Notes under the pieces: generated by a model | What the model saw: only the letters and a program-made list of their open reading frames with translations | What the model was told of the DNA's origin: nothing | The model's database searches: none | NCBI GenBank assembly: GCA_965262715.1 | Contig: OZ253553.1 | Span: 2,176,001 to 2,240,000, forward strand | Source of the DNA: Bdellovibrionales bacterium | Lineage (GTDB): Bacteria > Bdellovibrionota > Bdellovibrionia > Bdellovibrionales > JAUICD01 | Reading direction: 5' to 3' | DNA length: 64,000 bases | In this document: positions 59,809 through 64,000 of the stretch, in pieces | Layout of the letters: each line of letters begins with the position of its first letter | Position numbering within the stretch: the first letter of the stretch is position 1 | Translations under genes and position numbers: made by a program

Positions 59809-60756
59809 TTATCGGAGAGAAGGAACTGAAATATGAAGAAAATAAATAAGATAAGCCCAAAGGATGTGTGTTACAGTGAGATGAGTCAATTTCAATATAA
59901 CTGGAGACAGTGCCAAAAGATTCGTCAATCCTATTATAAAAGCTATAAAATAAAGCACCATAAGATGATTGACTCTAACTGTATGTTGTAGAAATTCTGC
60001 TTTCATAACCATGTTCTGTGTTATCTTTAATTTAAAAGATGAAAGCAAAAATAAACTCACAATAATATAACATATAGCAAAGATAGGGTGAAATATTCGC
60101 CATTGAATCAACCAATGAGCATTTCTTTGAAGATCCAACCAAAATCCTTCTATTAAAGATTCAGATGGAAAAAGTGTAGACGATAGTGCCGCAATAGCTC
60201 CTATTATTGATAAAAGCAAAAAACCAATCTCTAAAATATAGCCTTTCAGCTTTATATATTGATCTTGTTTAAAAAGAATACTTTTATAAGAAGTGAAAGG
60301 ATCTTTAAAAGATATAGCAAGACTACCTGTCAATAACAGGCTATTGATTTGATGAAGAGACATCACAAAAGCTCTTTGAAAACTACTGACATCCCCTACT
60401 AATTCTGAGAGCACCAGCTTAGCTCCAATAAGTGCTTCTGTTAGAGTAAAAAACAAGGTCCATAAACACAGTCTTCTGATCTTATGACCAGTAGGAAAGA
60501 GTTTAAAAGCCATAATCACTAAAAAGATCACCGCTAATCCAAAAATTCCTGTTGAAAAACGATGCGTCCATTCAATCCAAGTAGATAAATCTGTTGTGCT
60601 ATTGGGCAAAAAATCACCACGGCAAAGAGGCCAATTTCTACCACATCCATCCCCTGATTTTGAAACACGAACCCATGCGCCCCATAAAATAACAATTAAG
60701 GTATAAACCCAAAGAACTTTAACAAACTGAAAATACTTATCTTTTGATATCTTCAT
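59809..60756 (-). CDS. ctaA: Heme A synthase (COX15/CtaA family)
   Basis: WGAWVRVSKSGDGCGRNWPLCRG, IEWTHR, multiple TM helices with His. Confidence 0.88.
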   Translation of the reverse strand: MKISKDKYFQFVKVLWVYTLIVILWGAWVRVSKSGDGCGRNWPLCRGDFLPNSTTDLSTWIEWTHRFSTGIFGLAVIFLVIMAFKLFPTGHKIRRLCLWTLFFTLTEALIGAKLVLSELVGDVSSFQRAFVMSLHQINSLLLTGSLAISFKDPFTSYKSILFKQDQYIKLKGYILEIGFLLLSIIGAIAALSSTLFPSESLIEGFWLDLQRNAHWLIQWRIFHPIFAICYIIVSLFLLSSFKLKITQNMVMKAEFLQHTVRVNHLMVLYFIAFIIGLTNLLALSPVILKLTHLTVTHILWAYLIYFLHISVPSLR

Positions 60757-61690
60757 ATTTTTTATTATCTATTACCTTGCTTCCAATCTGCCAAGTTTTA
60801 TGTACATCATGATATTGACCGATATTGTCCACATCAATCCAATAAGGGGTATATTTATTTCTAAACCATGTCATTTGTTTTTTAGCTAGCCTCATGGTGG
60901 CGCAAACAATCTCGTCTACCATATCTTCTTTTTTAATTTTTTCTTCTAAAAAATGCATCACTTGTTTATAACCTACACTTTTCATCATAGGCCAATCTTT
61001 TAACCCTTTTTGCACTAACTCTTGCACTTCATCTATCAAGCCTATCTCTAGCATTTGACAAGTTCGTTTATGAATTTTTTGTCTTAGCTGATTCTTATTA
61101 CACTTTAAACCTATCACTACTTTTGGATAAGGGAAAAGACAAGGTTGAAAGCCTTTTAGCATTTGAGTGATTGTTTGAGATTGTGTCCGCAATATTTCTA
61201 TAGCCCTCAAAACACGATGAACATCTCTATGGTGTACTCTCTCAGCATAAGCAATATCTTTATCTCTTAATTCTTTATATAGACAGTCCAAACCATCTTT
61301 TTTAAAGCTTTTAATAACATTATTCCTTTCTTCTATTGAGACCGTCGGCAAAGAAGGCATTCCTTTCAAAAGAGCCTGTAAATAAAAACCACTACCACCT
61401 ACAATAAAAACATAAGATACTTTTCGATCACAAAGATGTTTAAGTGTTCTAAGAGCAGATCTTCTGAAGTCTCCAGCAGTAAACTCCCCTCCTTCTTTAA
61501 CAATGTCAAAGAGATGATGAGGGATTTCAGCTTGTAATTTTTTTGAGGGCTTATTTGATCCAATATTTAAAGATTGAAAACACTGTACGCTATCCGCATT
61601 GAGAATATGACCACCAACAGATTTAGCCCATTTAAAAGCTAAGTCTGACTTTCCTACTCCAGTGGGACCCACAATAAAAATTGTTCTCAT
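60737..61690 (-). CDS. miaA: tRNA dimethylallyltransferase
   Basis: GPTGVGKS, NADSVQ...IGSNKP, VGGSGFY, AKKQMTWF. Confidence 0.96.
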   Translation of the reverse strand: MRTIFIVGPTGVGKSDLAFKWAKSVGGHILNADSVQCFQSLNIGSNKPSKKLQAEIPHHLFDIVKEGGEFTAGDFRRSALRTLKHLCDRKVSYVFIVGGSGFYLQALLKGMPSLPTVSIEERNNVIKSFKKDGLDCLYKELRDKDIAYAERVHHRDVHRVLRAIEILRTQSQTITQMLKGFQPCLFPYPKVVIGLKCNKNQLRQKIHKRTCQMLEIGLIDEVQELVQKGLKDWPMMKSVGYKQVMHFLEEKIKKEDMVDEIVCATMRLAKKQMTWFRNKYTPYWIDVDNIGQYHDVHKTWQIGSKVIDNKKYEDIKR

Positions 61691-61941
61691 TTTTTCTAAT
61701 ATACTTTAAACTTTATAAAACTATATATCATAAATTTTGTTCTACTCAGTATCTGATGTTTGACAACAGGCAAGTCTAAGAATCTAAAGAGAAATTGTTG
61801 TCACAAAATAAGACACTTATAGACAAATTTTGTCTATCTTAAAATCTACAAGCTCTAAATACCCATTTTTATGGACAAAAAGGACTTTATTTTGATCTGA
61901 CACAAAATAACTATGGTCTACTTCTTGCTTATTATTAAAGT

Positions 61942-63618
61942 ATGAGAAAATCAAAATATTATTTTTTAACAATTCAGCTCGTTTTATTTGCTTTAATCAT
62001 TTTTATCTTTTTGCCATCTTGTGGAAACAAAGCAGTTTCAACAAAAAAAGCTCCTGGCTATCTATCTAATATTGATACCCGTCTCCATACAAACAGGCCA
62101 GGGCACCGTATCGCTGATAGAACAGAAACCCCAATAGAAGGTGATTCAACAATAACACAAAATGAAGAAGAACAGCATATCCGCATAGAAGACATCTCTA
62201 TACAAGAGCAAAGGTCTATAGGAGGCCCACTGACAGCAACACTCAAACTTATTGTGGATGAAGAAGAAACGGAAATTGACCTTTTTGGAATAATAGATTC
62301 AGATGGAACAGTAGATTTGCGACCAATAGGACGAGGCAACTTAGTTCATGGTGTTGCTACATGTATTGACAAAGAATTTTGCCATCAAATTGTTTTAGAT
62401 ATCTATTATAGAACAGAGACTGGGACACTTAAAAGACACCAAGTTCAGTCTGTAACCCCTGAAGTTCAAGTCATTGAAAATATAGACATTCAAGACCCTT
62501 CTATTGATAACTCTAACGACCAACAAGAGCCTTCTCCTCAAATAGATTCTCCTAAAACAGAAGAAGAAACTCCAGTTATAGACACACCAAAAAAAGAACC
62601 TCTAATAGTGAATGTTCCTCCAGATATCCCCGAAGGTGCTGTTGAAGAACCATTATCAGTCATTATTACAAGACCTCCTTTTGATCTTGATGCAATTTAT
62701 AAATTACCTCTTCCTACACCTTCTCGTATAGAACGACAAAGAATGGACACCGCAATTATTAGAGAAAGACTTGAAGAAGGAGAAGACATAACATCCATTC
62801 AAGCAGATCTGCCTGAGCCAACAAATCAAACTCCTCTAGAAGCTGATGAAACCGATCCTAAAAGTGCAGAATTTACTCCAACGATTTCCCCTGATGATGA
62901 AGTAAGAGAAGCCATGGGAATAGCACCTAGCCAATTTAAAGATGATTATCTAAATCAGAATGGTTCTATGGAAAATGCAATTAGAAGGCAAGCCATCAAT
63001 AGAAGAAGTAGTGGAACACTACAAGAAGGAGAAAGGCTTATTCAAGATGTTTTCGGCATTAAATGGTTACAACATGGAGATTCTCATATCAAATGGGTTA
63101 CTTCAATGACAAATCATTTCATAAGAATAGTAGGATCAGAATATCAAAGACAGCACCCACAACATTTTGTGATCATAAACAGATCTTCAAAACAATACGG
63201 TGGACGTGTTAGTCCTCACAAAACACATCAAAATGGACTGGATTTAGATGTAGCTTACCCTCATGCAGATCGCCACATGCAACGCTTTTGGAATGTTTTT
63301 AACGGCAACGGGCAGTTTATTATGACAGAAAAAGATGCAGAGAAAACAATGGATCTATTAAAAACTATGTCTGCAACAGATGTTATTAATAAATATCATG
63401 TTGATCAATCTGTGAAGGATTATTTAACACATATAGCTGAGACAACAGGTCAACTTGAAGAGCAATGCCCTATTCTAACACAGCTTTGCCATGCTAGCGG
63501 TCACCGAAATCATATACATGTACAGCTTAAATGCACTCAATTCAATGAAGGCTGCCATGATTCCGCAGACCCACCTTATTCAACATGCCCCACGCCAAGA
63601 GCATGTCAAGGAATATAG
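61942..63618 (+). CDS. Lipoprotein with C-terminal MepA-like (LAS family) murein endopeptidase domain
   Basis: Lipobox LPSC; Pro/Glu-rich linker; GG...HKTHQNGLDLD and HRNHIHV; TGGT-N7-TTGC at 61914-61928 upstream. Confidence 0.8.
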   Translation: MRKSKYYFLTIQLVLFALIIFIFLPSCGNKAVSTKKAPGYLSNIDTRLHTNRPGHRIADRTETPIEGDSTITQNEEEQHIRIEDISIQEQRSIGGPLTATLKLIVDEEETEIDLFGIIDSDGTVDLRPIGRGNLVHGVATCIDKEFCHQIVLDIYYRTETGTLKRHQVQSVTPEVQVIENIDIQDPSIDNSNDQQEPSPQIDSPKTEEETPVIDTPKKEPLIVNVPPDIPEGAVEEPLSVIITRPPFDLDAIYKLPLPTPSRIERQRMDTAIIRERLEEGEDITSIQADLPEPTNQTPLEADETDPKSAEFTPTISPDDEVREAMGIAPSQFKDDYLNQNGSMENAIRRQAINRRSSGTLQEGERLIQDVFGIKWLQHGDSHIKWVTSMTNHFIRIVGSEYQRQHPQHFVIINRSSKQYGGRVSPHKTHQNGLDLDVAYPHADRHMQRFWNVFNGNGQFIMTEKDAEKTMDLLKTMSATDVINKYHVDQSVKDYLTHIAETTGQLEEQCPILTQLCHASGHRNHIHVQLKCTQFNEGCHDSADPPYSTCPTPRACQGI

Positions 63619-64000
63619 TTTAAAAATATCTATTATTAAAAGATCTTTTTATATATTACTTTGATTTTCAAAAGCTTAGCAGTTAAGTCTTTTCGCAACT
63701 TGCTTCTAAATGTTTTGTCAAACTATCTATGCCTGAATACATACCATTGTAACAAATAAAGAAAACATAATCATATCAAAACATTTCAATAACCTAGACT
63801 TATGGCCATGGTTGCCTAAAACACTAATAACTTTAGTGTTTTATGTCTTTATTTTCATAATATTATATACATCTTTTACTTAAGTTTTCAGGCATTTTAA
63901 TCGATAAGAGAGAATGGTATACTATATTTAACAGACTCATAATGATAAGAATACAATCTATAACGAGAAGGGCAATCCATGCTTATTAAGAAACACATTG

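Overview
AT-rich bacterial chromosomal segment, most likely from a Bdellovibrionota-like organism. This is inferred from the PilA-type pilins, a CdgA-like degenerate GGDEF protein, matrixin and MepA lipoproteins, and sigma54-type promoters. Ankyrin proteins, pseudogenes and broken synteny suggest a host-associated lineage. Core genes: a clpX-like ATPase, rplS, a split Btu/FecCD-type ABC importer with tonB, yraN, rnhB, rnpB, tRNA-Gly, tRNA-Thr, tuf, tRNA-Trp, uvrA, tRNA-Phe, pyrE, zapA, purD, tsaC, tRNA-Val, purC/S/Q, tal, ctaA and miaA. Accessory content: a TA/defence-like island (11.8-20.5 kb), an IS1634-family element with a 94-bp target duplication, and a DUF3800 pseudogene with a convergent promoter-driven RNA. 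Most notable observations: (1) an 89-bp-period array of four tRNA-Trp-derived copies with an 8-nt Val-like anticodon loop in front of the real tRNA-Trp; (2) two dispersed families of ~150-bp structured non-coding elements with compensatory base changes, one also amplified as a 5x158-bp tandem array; (3) signal-peptide proteins sharing a C-x3-L/I motif and carrying cytoplasm-type cargo (8 HTH-like modules, a RelE/HigB-like domain, ankyrins), which may be an effector family; (4) a three-gene cassette ending in an ART-like protein; (5) four tandem mini-hairpins inserted in RNase P RNA. All family assignments come from motif recognition by eye; no database searches were run.
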